The position numbers and the translations under genes are program-made. DNA of 64,000 nt, taken from a virus. The notes under the pieces are model-generated. The model ran no database searches. It was not told where the DNA came from and saw only the letters and a program-made list of their open reading frames with translations. Shown here piece by piece: positions 20,729 to 30,593 of this stretch; position 1 is the stretch's first letter; every line of letters begins with the position of its first letter. Where the stretch lies: positions 6,734 to 70,733 of the IMG/VR virus record IMGVR_UViG_3300032053_000053, one strand, 5' to 3'.

Positions 20729-20887
20729 ATGAGTTTTGTAAAAAGAGGTGATGCAGAAATTATATCAGTTTTTCAAGAAGAGAAATTGAATGATCAACAG
20801 AAAAAATCTGTTGAAGATCATCATAATAAACTTCCTAAAGATGCAAATAAACTGGAAGACGAAACGCTCAAGAAAATAGAGAGTTAA
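20729..20887 (+). CDS. Small protein (52 aa) missing from the ORF track
   Basis: MSFVKRGDAEII...KKIES*; AAAGG upstream; ends 3 nt before the protease start. Confidence 0.6.
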   Translation: MSFVKRGDAEIISVFQEEKLNDQQKKSVEDHHNKLPKDANKLEDETLKKIES

Positions 20888-20890
20888 TTT

Positions 20891-23800
20891 ATGTCATTTA
20901 TTAAACTTGGAGAATTAGTAGATATTAGCCTGGAAACATCGGAATCTGTTATACCTATGATTGATGACAGCGCTATTACAGAGCATTTTAAGCGATATGC
21001 GTTTGAAATGAAAAAGATTGCCCCAAAAGCTAATGATTTTTTATATTTTTCAGCTGTTATGATGCATTCTGCCGAAGCGAGCGCAATTAATCCAGATGGT
21101 TCAGTAAAAAAGACCGCAAATGGCGAGCCTGTAACAGTTGGGTGGGATACTTCTGGTGGCACTTGGAGATGGATAACAAATGACCCATCAGTTAAACCAT
21201 ATAAGAATAGCAATAATGATATTTTCCCGGAGTCAGAATTAATTAAAGCTTATCGTAAATGGAAAGATAAGCCTCTTTGCATTGATCACAAATCAGATTC
21301 GGTAGATTATGTTCGTGGGTTCATTGTTGATACTTATTATGATCGTGCGCTAAAACGAGTCGTGGCACTTTGCGCATTAGATAAGTTTAATTATCCTGAC
21401 CTTGCACGAAAAGTTTCATCTAGATATTCTAATTCGGTGTCAATGGGTACTGCCGTTGGTCGCGCAATTTGTTTTGACTGTGGCCAAGTTGCAAGAGCTG
21501 AAAAAGATTTTTGTCAACATATGCGCTCAAAAACAAGTTATGGCGAAATAAATGTTGATTTAAGTCCAATTGAATTATCTATTGTTGTTAACGGAGCTGA
21601 TCAATATGCAAAAATTAAACATATTATTGCATCAGCAAATGAATTAAATAGATATGTTGAAATGAAACGCGAAAGAATGGAAGAAATTAGCAAATCATCG
21701 GTAAAAATAGATGATATTATTCAAATTCGCAAAGAATTCGATGATGCAATGACAAAACTGGCAAATCTGGAGTCTGCAATAATCGAAGAAAAATCTGCCA
21801 AAAATACTAATGATACCGCATTAGTTCAAGCAAGTGGCGATATTTCAGTAGCAGAAACAGAATTGCCTGCCACGGATTTCAATATCTCACCACCTGCTCA
21901 AAGGCTTGCCGCTGATGATGACTGTTGTGGAGTTGATATCGTAAAGTTGAATGAGGTTGTTTCTTCAATTGAAAGTAATTTAACCTTCATCAAACAAAGT
22001 TTAGACAAGTTATCAAATTCTAATAATACAAACGAGGAAAATATGTCTGGATCAAAGGATAATGTTAAACAAGCGTACTTTCAAGGGACAGAAGAGCCAA
22101 CTCCAGGCGAGGCAAAGTATTTAAAAGAGCCTCTAAATGAGAATCTTCGAACTGACGGCGACAAGCACATGATGGCCCAAGATACAGGACCGGTTGACGG
22201 ACTATTTCCTGGCGATCTTGAGAAAAAGAAAATGCTTGCTCGTGCTCAGGCTGAAGAGCGGGCAATGCGCAGACAAACCGTGGTGGCAAAGGCAAAAGAG
22301 GCTCTTGAGAAGCGATCTTATTTTCAGGGCACTGAAGAGCCAACCCCAGGTAAACCGCAATATTCAAAAGATCCAATGAATCAAGATCTTCGTGAAGACA
22401 GCGATAAACAAATGGTTGGTGCAAAACCATTTCCGGGCGTCGGTAAAACTGAAGATCTTTATCCGGAAGATAAGAAAAAGAAGGAGCTTCTTCAAAGAGC
22501 ATCTTTCCGCGCCAGATTTATAAAGGCTGCCAATAATGATGGCACTCATAATAAAGGTAATAGCGCATGGGAAGTTTACTCTGGAGATAAACTCCTTGTT
22601 TCTGCATCAGTTAATGAGTTAACTGGTAATCGTGCAAACGCTCTATATGCAGCTATTGCAACCAAAGATTTTGGCGCAAAATTAATTGAAGATGTTAAGA
22701 CAGTTGGCGCCGCGAAAGTTAAGTCTCTATATAAGTCTGCTCAAGAGGCTGCTGTCGCTGAACCAGCTCCAGAGGCTCCAGCTCCAGAAGCACCAGCTCC
22801 AGAGGCGCCTGCAGTCGAAGCAGCTCCCGTCCCAGCTGACAATGATGGTCTAAAAGAAACCGTAGTAGATCTTAAAGACAAGTTAAAAGAAGTTTCATCT
22901 GATTTAGGCGAAGCCCTTGACAAGCTTCTAGATGAGCAAGCTGAAATGGGCGATATGGATAAAGCCGCTTCGCAAGAATCAGCTTCACTTAATAATATGC
23001 GTAAAGAACTAAACGGCGCCCTTGTAAACGCGCTTAAAGAATCAATCGCAGAGCTTAAGGATCGCGAAGAAGAGCTTACTCAAATTGCAGATCTTTCAAA
23101 TAAGAACGAGAAACTTGCATCAGAAAACGATATGTTTAAGTCAATTGTTGAAGATTCAATTGAAGAAGCAAAAACTGTTCTAGCAGATTCTTTCAAGCTT
23201 ATGACCGCTTTTGTAAAATATGCCCGTGGAACAGAAGCTATCGTTAAACGCGCAGAAATTGAATCTAAACTTACTCAACTATCCGATAATGGAGAATCTG
23301 ATATGGCCGCATTAGATGATTTAATGAATGATGATAAGGATCTTATGAACCTAATCAATGATGTTGATGATGATATGAATGCACTTAAAGAAGAAATGTG
23401 CGCAGAAGATGACTCATCTGATTCTGCAACGGCTGATGATGTGGATACTGATATGGTCGCGGAAGCATCATTTAATTTAACCACAAAAGAAGGTCGAACT
23501 GCTTTCCGAGCTAAACTTGCTGCAGACACAATGAAAATGTCTCCAGTTCTTCATGAAGCGCATCCAAAGGGCGGTACAACTACGTCTCTTGATGTCAAAC
23601 CAAGCGGTAATCTTGCAGAGGTTGAAGATCTAGAAGGTGTTCATGATGCAATGATGGACGTTGCTACTGCTCCACCAAAGGTTCGTAAAGAGGCTGAGGC
23701 GATACAATCTCTCATTGTATCCGGGCAATTAGACGCAGCCGATGTAGATGCCCTTGTTTCAGAGGGTCTTGATAAGGATGCGGTTGCTTATTGGAAGAAA

Positions 23801-24199
23801 TATTTCGGTCAAGCAGGTTCAGAGGGCTCACAATTTGCAACAGAATTGGTTAAAGAGCATGCTAAGGCTAAGATGGAAAAAGAACTCGATGCATTTAAGG
23901 TTAAGATTGCACGAGCATATGAATTAACATATGATATGGTAGAGCGTGGTCTTTGTTCACGAGACAGGTCTTCAGTTTCCTCGCAAGTAGAAGAAATACT
24001 TAAGTCTAATAATGATGGCTTTGATTCTCTCAAGAGGGTAGTTGCTCGTCATGAACCACTTGCAGTAAAACAATCTGGTCGCATGCCGCAAGTTGGTATA
24101 ATTGGTTCAGAAGAGTCATTTGTAAGCTTGGGCGATTCAGAAAACCTTTTATCACAACTATCAGCAGCATTTTCGGGTAATGGCAAAAGGCTCTTCTAA
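20891..24199 (+). CDS. Prohead protease fused to a long scaffold/core region
   Basis: NNDIFPESEL..KPLCIDH, SVSMG, CFDC..CQH, IELSIV..GAD protease-like motifs, followed by about 800 aa of acidic coiled coil with internal repeats. Confidence 0.75.
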   Translation: MSFIKLGELVDISLETSESVIPMIDDSAITEHFKRYAFEMKKIAPKANDFLYFSAVMMHSAEASAINPDGSVKKTANGEPVTVGWDTSGGTWRWITNDPSVKPYKNSNNDIFPESELIKAYRKWKDKPLCIDHKSDSVDYVRGFIVDTYYDRALKRVVALCALDKFNYPDLARKVSSRYSNSVSMGTAVGRAICFDCGQVARAEKDFCQHMRSKTSYGEINVDLSPIELSIVVNGADQYAKIKHIIASANELNRYVEMKRERMEEISKSSVKIDDIIQIRKEFDDAMTKLANLESAIIEEKSAKNTNDTALVQASGDISVAETELPATDFNISPPAQRLAADDDCCGVDIVKLNEVVSSIESNLTFIKQSLDKLSNSNNTNEENMSGSKDNVKQAYFQGTEEPTPGEAKYLKEPLNENLRTDGDKHMMAQDTGPVDGLFPGDLEKKKMLARAQAEERAMRRQTVVAKAKEALEKRSYFQGTEEPTPGKPQYSKDPMNQDLREDSDKQMVGAKPFPGVGKTEDLYPEDKKKKELLQRASFRARFIKAANNDGTHNKGNSAWEVYSGDKLLVSASVNELTGNRANALYAAIATKDFGAKLIEDVKTVGAAKVKSLYKSAQEAAVAEPAPEAPAPEAPAPEAPAVEAAPVPADNDGLKETVVDLKDKLKEVSSDLGEALDKLLDEQAEMGDMDKAASQESASLNNMRKELNGALVNALKESIAELKDREEELTQIADLSNKNEKLASENDMFKSIVEDSIEEAKTVLADSFKLMTAFVKYARGTEAIVKRAEIESKLTQLSDNGESDMAALDDLMNDDKDLMNLINDVDDDMNALKEEMCAEDDSSDSATADDVDTDMVAEASFNLTTKEGRTAFRAKLAADTMKMSPVLHEAHPKGGTTTSLDVKPSGNLAEVEDLEGVHDAMMDVATAPPKVRKEAEAIQSLIVSGQLDAADVDALVSEGLDKDAVAYWKKYFGQAGSEGSQFATELVKEHAKAKMEKELDAFKVKIARAYELTYDMVERGLCSRDRSSVSSQVEEILKSNNDGFDSLKRVVARHEPLAVKQSGRMPQVGIIGSEESFVSLGDSENLLSQLSAAFSGNGKRLF

Positions 24200-24210
24200 A
24201 GGAAATAATA

Positions 24211-24756
24211 ATGGCAAAAAATAGCGTATCCGAATCAGTTGCTCGTGAAATGAATGAAACTCTAAATAGTGAATCACATAAATCATTATTTGGAACTATA
24301 TACAAATCAGCGCAACAACTTGAAGTAAAAATGTGTGAAAAATGCCACAAAAACCCATGCGTTTGCGCAGATGTCGCCAAAGTAGAAGACGCAGCCTGTG
24401 CAAATGATGGTGTTGATGTTGCAATGAGTGATGACAGTAGTGGTGATGAAGATGAAGATAAAACCAGCACTGCAGCTCTTGATGTAGCAATTGACAGTTT
24501 AATCAGGGCATCGGCCGCTCTTGATAGGGTTGGTTTTGAAAAATCGGCAACTGTAACACTGAATCTGGCCGGATTAGTTGCAGAGGCAAAAAAGAAGAAG
24601 ATGGAAAAGAAGAAGGCTCCAAAAAAGCCTGCAAAATCGACAGAAAAATCAACAAAAGAAACACCTAAGAGTAAATCTGATAAGTCTAAAAAAGAGACTT
24701 CAAAAGATACATCAAAGAAAACAACGGAAGAATCAGCTAAGAAGTCAAAAAAGTAA
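24211..24756 (+). CDS. Putative head protein with Cys knuckle and Lys-rich tail
   Basis: KSAQ; CEKCHKNPCVC; C-terminal K/S/T/E-rich tail. Confidence 0.6.
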   Translation: MAKNSVSESVAREMNETLNSESHKSLFGTIYKSAQQLEVKMCEKCHKNPCVCADVAKVEDAACANDGVDVAMSDDSSGDEDEDKTSTAALDVAIDSLIRASAALDRVGFEKSATVTLNLAGLVAEAKKKKMEKKKAPKKPAKSTEKSTKETPKSKSDKSKKETSKDTSKKTTEESAKKSKK

Positions 24757-24771
24757 AACTGTTAAACTTAG

Positions 24772-24806
24772 AGCATGGGATTGTATTGTGCAATCCCATG
24801 CTTTTT
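24772..24806 (+). terminator. Rho-independent terminator
   Basis: AGCATGGGATTG-loop-CAATCCCATGCT followed by a T run. Confidence 0.8.
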
Positions 24807-24857
24807 CATTAACACAAGTGGTTCGGAGCCACGCAAATTGAGACAAGGCCCAATAAA

Positions 24858-25262
24858 ATGACTCATAAATTATTCAAATTTGGCAGCGTAGAAGATGAGC
24901 TTATGGCATCAATGGAAGCTTCGCTTGTTAAAAATCAAAAAGATATGGCTTTCGGGCATGATAAATTAATAAAAGCAGTTGATCATTTGAGTGCAGCAGC
25001 AGAAATATTTGATAATACCGGTTTTGGCAAAGAAGCAGAAATTATCACAAGATTAATTGAAAAAATTGCTCAGGATAAAAGCGTTGGCGAACTAATAGAA
25101 GAGGAATTAGGCGCCCAGCTTCATCCAATTAATAAAATGATTGAAGAAGATCTCGTTAAAAAAGAAATTGATGACCTTATTCAATCTGAACAAGAATTAG
25201 ACAGCCGACAATATCATATTCAAAAAATGCTTGATGAAGAAATGTCTAAAAAAAAAGTCTAG
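24858..25262 (+). CDS. Putative head protein; a -1 frameshift could extend it to 25441
   Basis: 134 aa ending TCT AAA AAA AAA GTC TAG; the -1 frame is open for 61 more codons. Confidence 0.65.
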   Translation: MTHKLFKFGSVEDELMASMEASLVKNQKDMAFGHDKLIKAVDHLSAAAEIFDNTGFGKEAEIITRLIEKIAQDKSVGELIEEELGAQLHPINKMIEEDLVKKEIDDLIQSEQELDSRQYHIQKMLDEEMSKKKV

Positions 25263-25347
25263 CCAACACCAAATTCGATAAGTACACACACGGCTTAACA
25301 CCTGAAAAAATGGTGGAAAATCTTAAACATACCGGAACTCCATTTGA

Positions 25348-26241
25348 TTATCCGGCAGATGATTTATTAGAATTAGATATTGAAGATAATTTGGAAGTGT
25401 CTGATTTAGATTCGGACATGGATTTTGAAGACGAAATATAGCGGTTAAACTCTTGATATTTTTCGTATTTTCTTGGCAAATATATTGTTGCATCTGAATA
25501 TAACCAATCCAATAATTTTTTCGACTGTCTATTGCCTCCGACCGATAATGTTGTCGTTATTTGATTTGTTTTTGGACAAGACAGTGATAAAGAACAATTT
25601 ACATTTAGAGTTTTATTTATAATTTCTTTAACCGAATTGCAAAATTTATCGGTAGATATTATCTTCCAAATAAAATTAATTCCGTGGCGTAGTTTGTTTT
25701 TATAAATTGTTCCGTCACCATCCGAATAACCTCTAATAAAATGACGAACTAATTCGGGTTTAATAAATGATGGAAAAATCAATTTTAATGATTTATTTGG
25801 GACGCAACCGAGATCAATTAATTGATCACAGATTATTTTTTGATGAGTTCTAAAATAAGAATATTTTCCATCATATAATTTAACTGGAGATGATGGGGAA
25901 AGAATGTCTCTTAATTTTTCTATTATTATAATATCTTCTTTCTTAAGCTTAATAGTCATTACATATTGTGTATTTTTTATTTGCACGCAGCCGTCAGCAT
26001 ATAACAATCCAAGAAAATATGCATTCTCTTCAGAATTAATTAGATTAAAAAAATTAATATTAATATCGTTATATGTAATATTTTTTGGGATTCTTGTTGT
26101 TATTTTATTTTTAATTAATATTGATGAGATAGTTTTCTGTGAACAATTTAATTCTTTAGCAATTTCATTTTGTGTTTTTCCCTGATTATATGATAAAATT
26201 ATATTATTTACTTGATGATATGAAAATATAGAGTGCATCAT
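25348..26241 (-). CDS. Free-standing LAGLIDADG homing endonuclease with N-terminal HTH
   Basis: AYFLGLLYADG and HFIRGYSDGDG motifs. Confidence 0.88.
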   Translation of the reverse strand: MMHSIFSYHQVNNIILSYNQGKTQNEIAKELNCSQKTISSILIKNKITTRIPKNITYNDININFFNLINSEENAYFLGLLYADGCVQIKNTQYVMTIKLKKEDIIIIEKLRDILSPSSPVKLYDGKYSYFRTHQKIICDQLIDLGCVPNKSLKLIFPSFIKPELVRHFIRGYSDGDGTIYKNKLRHGINFIWKIISTDKFCNSVKEIINKTLNVNCSLSLSCPKTNQITTTLSVGGNRQSKKLLDWLYSDATIYLPRKYEKYQEFNRYISSSKSMSESKSDTSKLSSISNSNKSSAG

Positions 26242-26288
26242 ACGATATATATCATAGTAGGCATGGTGTAAATTAAATAGGAAAATTG

Positions 26289-26978
26289 ATGTTAAGATTA
26301 GTGCAAATTGGCAACGCCCTTCCAGCGAGTTTTATAGTTGACCCTAGCGCAGAGTTTCAATCAGGTCAGATAGCAGAACTTACAATTATCGGAAACCAAG
26401 TTATGGCAACGGTAAGCAAAGGTACAGCTCCAATTGGAATTATTGATGATATTAAAACCAGGGCATTTACTAGTGTTTCTTGGAATGAAGAGATCGTAGT
26501 TGCCGCAGCCGGAGTCTTAGATATAAATAATGTTATAGTCACTCCAGTTGATGTTAAGGCAGAATTAATTCATCCAAATGTTATGGGATCAAGTTTTATA
26601 TCATCTGTCCCTTGCGCGCTTAATTCAAATAATGGGGTGATTACATTTCTGTCTGGAACCCCGCTTAATTTTGATTTAACTGGCGGCGGCATTCCTAACG
26701 CAATTAGAGCTGTTGTTAGCTATACATATCAAGTTGCAAATATTCCTGGCGATGATAGTACGGCGGCGAGCGGGCGAGTTACGGTATGGTTTAATAGGAT
26801 GTTCGCCCAGACTGATCAATATGAAACAAATCAGCAGTACCCAGTTAGAGCAAATTTATATGTGAGCGAATTAGGGCTATTAACTACAAGACGACCGAGC
26901 GATTTTCATCCGGCTGTCGCCATGGTAACTGCTCCACCATCTCCATTACACAGTATGATAGAGTTTCTTTGGTATTAA
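26289..26978 (+). CDS. Putative capsid decoration/cement-like structural protein
   Basis: Beta-rich; PIGIIDD...DSTAASGRVTVW...LYVSELGLLT; resembles 34466..35146. Confidence 0.55.
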   Translation: MLRLVQIGNALPASFIVDPSAEFQSGQIAELTIIGNQVMATVSKGTAPIGIIDDIKTRAFTSVSWNEEIVVAAAGVLDINNVIVTPVDVKAELIHPNVMGSSFISSVPCALNSNNGVITFLSGTPLNFDLTGGGIPNAIRAVVSYTYQVANIPGDDSTAASGRVTVWFNRMFAQTDQYETNQQYPVRANLYVSELGLLTTRRPSDFHPAVAMVTAPPSPLHSMIEFLWY

Positions 26979-26984
26979 AACAAT

Positions 26985-28220
26985 GTGCATTATATATACA
27001 AAATAACAAATATAGTCAATAATAAAGTTTATATTGGTCAAACAATAAACCCAAATGCCAGATGGAGAGCACATCAATCATATGCTCTAAAAAAACCTAT
27101 CCAATATATACATCGAGCAATGGCAAAACATAAATTTGTCAATTTTATATTCGAGTTGATTTTAACCTGTAAAACGCAGGATGATGCAAATGAAGCGGAA
27201 GACGTCATAATTATTCAATATAATAGCCGTAACAAGAAATATGGATATAATCTAAATGCTGGCGGTATTAATGGTATTAGCTCAGAAGAAACCAAACAAA
27301 AACAGCGTGAAGCCACCATTAAACAAATAAAAGAAATGGGCCATCCCGCCAAAGGTACTAGGCGCTCCGAAGAACAGCGGGCTTATTTAAGTTATGCTCA
27401 GAAAAACAGAAATAATAATTATACATCCGAAATAAGACAAAGAATGTCGGATGCGCATATTGGTATCAAAGACTCTGAACAAACAAAAAAGAAAAAATCT
27501 GATAGTGCAAAACTCGGGTGGCTAAAACGTAGAAAAATAACAAATAATAATGGATATTATCGTGAAAAGAACAAAGAAAAAATAGTTGCAAAAAAGAAAG
27601 AATATTACGAAAATAACAAAGCTGAAATCTTAAAAAGGAGAAAGGTTTATTATGAGAATAATAAAATAAAATCGTTGCAACAACAAAAAGGATATCGAAA
27701 GAACAATAAGGATAAGATTAGAGACATTAATATAAAATATGTTGCTAAAAATAAAGAAATAATTTTATTGAAACAACAGGAATATTATAAAAATAATAAA
27801 GCTATATTGCTTGATAAAAAGAAAATTCGTTGCGTTTTTAAATATAAAAACGATATATCTTACAAGCTAAGGCAATTAATTAGCTGCTCCATTAATCAGC
27901 AATTAAAAAAATCTTCGATATCAAAATCATGCAAATCAATATCTAGCATTCTAAAATATTCAATAAATGATTTTAAAGCACATATTGAGAGTTTATTTGA
28001 GCCATGGATGAATTGGAATAATCATGGGCAATATAGGGCAAATGAATGGGACAATAATAACAATAAAACATGGGTATGGCAAATTGATCATATTACGCCG
28101 CAGAGTTGTTTTAAAATTAAATCAATTAATTGTGAAGAATTACAAAAATGTTGGGCGTTAAACAATCTTCGACCATATTCTGCAAAACAAAATAATATTG
28201 ATAGAAATCGCATCGGCTAA
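26985..28220 (+). CDS. Homing endonuclease, GIY-YIG plus C-terminal HNH fusion
   Basis: YIYKITN..VYIGQT, GYN, NUMOD3-like repeats, then WQIDHITP...NLRPYSAKQN. Confidence 0.85.
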   Translation: MHYIYKITNIVNNKVYIGQTINPNARWRAHQSYALKKPIQYIHRAMAKHKFVNFIFELILTCKTQDDANEAEDVIIIQYNSRNKKYGYNLNAGGINGISSEETKQKQREATIKQIKEMGHPAKGTRRSEEQRAYLSYAQKNRNNNYTSEIRQRMSDAHIGIKDSEQTKKKKSDSAKLGWLKRRKITNNNGYYREKNKEKIVAKKKEYYENNKAEILKRRKVYYENNKIKSLQQQKGYRKNNKDKIRDINIKYVAKNKEIILLKQQEYYKNNKAILLDKKKIRCVFKYKNDISYKLRQLISCSINQQLKKSSISKSCKSISSILKYSINDFKAHIESLFEPWMNWNNHGQYRANEWDNNNNKTWVWQIDHITPQSCFKIKSINCEELQKCWALNNLRPYSAKQNNIDRNRIG

Positions 28221-28275
28221 ATATACGGCAATAAATCTGTATAATATAGACAACCACACATAATAAAAGGTTAAA

Positions 28276-29400
28276 ATGAGTCTCAAGCATTTAAAATTTG
28301 GCGAGTCTTTTTCAATGAGGTCTTTCGAGAAATTGGCCCAAGAAAAAGGTTTAATTAAAGCCGACCCCGTTATAAAAATGGCCAAAAAATCAGTTGATTT
28401 AACTCCGTCAGATAGTTTATTGAATAATATAATTAGATTATCTTCTGGTCTTCGCGCTCAAGGATTTATAACATATGCCGAAGAACTTGAAAAAAAATGT
28501 TTGATGTTCAAAGAAGCGAATACTCTTTATGAAACATCAAAAGAAAAGGGCGAAGATCTTATCGACGCGGCTCACCCAAAAGGAAGCCATAAACTAGTTG
28601 GTGTACTTGGCGATGCAGTTGTCGAAACAATCGTGGATCAAGATAAAAAAATAATGGATGTAGTGAATAAAAAACCAACCGGAAAATTGGCGTCAAAAGA
28701 TATTATCAAGATGGTTAAAATTGTTTTAGGTCAAGACAGAAAATCCGAATTAGAAAAGGGAATGAATGATATTGCTTCTAAAATAATAGATAAATTAAAT
28801 CTATTGAATTCAATTGTATCAGGTGAACTCACTTTTTCTATAGATGGATTTATTAACGACGCAAGCAAGCTTCTTATGAGTCCATCGCGTGATACATTAG
28901 AGTATGCAAAAAAACTATTAGTTGGTAATAATCCGGGGTCATTAGAATACCGTCTTAAACCGGGATTATTAGGCGGTTTAAAAAAAGGCACATGGGACGT
29001 TGTTTCGGCTCTACTATATTCTTTGCCAAAAAAAATTGATGATATGCTGGTTTTACAATTAGAGCTAGATGGTATTAAAGGAAAATCTTTGGTCGAAGAT
29101 AAGCCGTTTACACCAGCTCCGGCCGTTCAAAAATCAGATGAGTTGGAAGATAGAATTAAAAAAGCATTAAGCACAATTGCATTATATCAAAATTTTTTGG
29201 ATAACTCTAATTTAGATACCGATGATAAGAATAGCGGAAAAAAGCAATTAGATGCATTAAATCAAAAATTATTGCAAAGTAAAAAAATGTTTGACTTATT
29301 AGCTCCAGAACAAAAAGACGAGGGCAAATCACTAATTTCTGGGCCAGTAAAAGTTGTAGAACAAGATATAGTGAAATTTAAATCTTTATGGTTTAAGTAA
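28276..29400 (+). CDS. Putative internal head protein
   Basis: 374 aa; KLAQ, KEAN, KLAS motifs; AHPKG module shared with the scaffold. Confidence 0.55.
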   Translation: MSLKHLKFGESFSMRSFEKLAQEKGLIKADPVIKMAKKSVDLTPSDSLLNNIIRLSSGLRAQGFITYAEELEKKCLMFKEANTLYETSKEKGEDLIDAAHPKGSHKLVGVLGDAVVETIVDQDKKIMDVVNKKPTGKLASKDIIKMVKIVLGQDRKSELEKGMNDIASKIIDKLNLLNSIVSGELTFSIDGFINDASKLLMSPSRDTLEYAKKLLVGNNPGSLEYRLKPGLLGGLKKGTWDVVSALLYSLPKKIDDMLVLQLELDGIKGKSLVEDKPFTPAPAVQKSDELEDRIKKALSTIALYQNFLDNSNLDTDDKNSGKKQLDALNQKLLQSKKMFDLLAPEQKDEGKSLISGPVKVVEQDIVKFKSLWFK

Positions 29401-29408
29401 AAGGATTT

Positions 29409-30593
29409 ATGCGCATATTTCCTCCCAAAAATATAAAGAAAGTTGCTGAAATAACCGGGCCCAGGGGTAATAGGCGTATTTCTGTTGATGAATCGTCGGC
29501 CACTACAGGTCCGGCTACAGCAGAGCGTACAAGCCCAGCACAAGTTCCTGCAACAAAGAATACAGTTAAGAGGGTTTCGCCAATCATAAAATCACCGGCC
29601 ACGGCAATGATTCCAGATGTCAAGAGAATGCAAGAGGCCATGGCAGATATTGCTAGCCACATATCTCAATACATAAACTATGATGCTTTAATTCAAGGAA
29701 TGCAAGCAAATCAAGCAACTCATGAAGGAGCAAAAACAGTTGGCAAAGACGCATTTAGCAATTTTATGGTTGATAGCTTTTTACGGTCCGCCCCAACAAA
29801 AGGGGTTGAATTCGATCCGGATTTAGAGAAAAAAGTTGTTAGTGAAAAGACTCCTTCTGATCTAAAATATATGCATTTAGTTCTTGAAACATTAAAAAGA
29901 ATTGGCGGAGCATCAGCTGAGTTTAACGCAGACGGTAAGTGGGGGCCGAGAACAAATAATGGTCTAAAAAATATTGCAGCCATATCAGATGCTTTATTAA
30001 AAATCGGGGAAGCATTTAATTTTACGGCCACTTCATTTGATAAAAATAGCGAAACAAAACTAAATAGCTTAATTCCAAATAATGACATTGATCTTACTGA
30101 TGATCAAAGAAAAAATAACGCTAAAGAAATAACTCCACTTTTATTTGATTTGAAAAAAATGTTTGTAGAGTTTCGCGATAATGTAATGAAAAGCCCTTAC
30201 CACAAATCATATATTGAGGGAAAACCATTTATAACATATCAGAAACCTGGGCAAAAAGATATTTCTAAAGACTTGTCTGATGATGAAGAAGCAATACATA
30301 AAGACATTAATGATAAACGAGATACGAGCTTATATTTGGCACCACGAAATGCAAGATACTCAATAACGTTTGATGGTATCTCGGGCTCATTATTATTATC
30401 AGCAAGTGATCTATTAAACAAAGACGCGTTTGATAGTTGGTTGATGAAGCAAACTCCTTTAATACAGTTTAAGCAACATCTTACTCCAATTGATTTTATG
30501 GAAAGAGTAGTGAAGCCTATTTTTAATCAAGTAAAAAAACAGGCGGATCAAGAATTATCTAAATATAAAAGCAATTTACCGAGAGCGATATAA
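29409..30593 (+). CDS. Putative internal/ejection protein with peptidoglycan-binding-like motif
   Basis: ADGKWGPRT matches the DGxxGPxT motif of PG-binding domains; KKVAE near the N-terminus. Confidence 0.5.
   Translation: MRIFPPKNIKKVAEITGPRGNRRISVDESSATTGPATAERTSPAQVPATKNTVKRVSPIIKSPATAMIPDVKRMQEAMADIASHISQYINYDALIQGMQANQATHEGAKTVGKDAFSNFMVDSFLRSAPTKGVEFDPDLEKKVVSEKTPSDLKYMHLVLETLKRIGGASAEFNADGKWGPRTNNGLKNIAAISDALLKIGEAFNFTATSFDKNSETKLNSLIPNNDIDLTDDQRKNNAKEITPLLFDLKKMFVEFRDNVMKSPYHKSYIEGKPFITYQKPGQKDISKDLSDDEEAIHKDINDKRDTSLYLAPRNARYSITFDGISGSLLLSASDLLNKDAFDSWLMKQTPLIQFKQHLTPIDFMERVVKPIFNQVKKQADQELSKYKSNLPRAI

Noticed and set aside
22073-22330. YFQG resembling the TEV protease site ENLYFQG
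   Set aside because: Upstream residues do not match and no such protease is present; coincidence.
24818-24835. tRNA-like GGTTCG sequence
   Set aside because: Only a small hairpin with no cloverleaf; no tRNA was recognised anywhere in the window.
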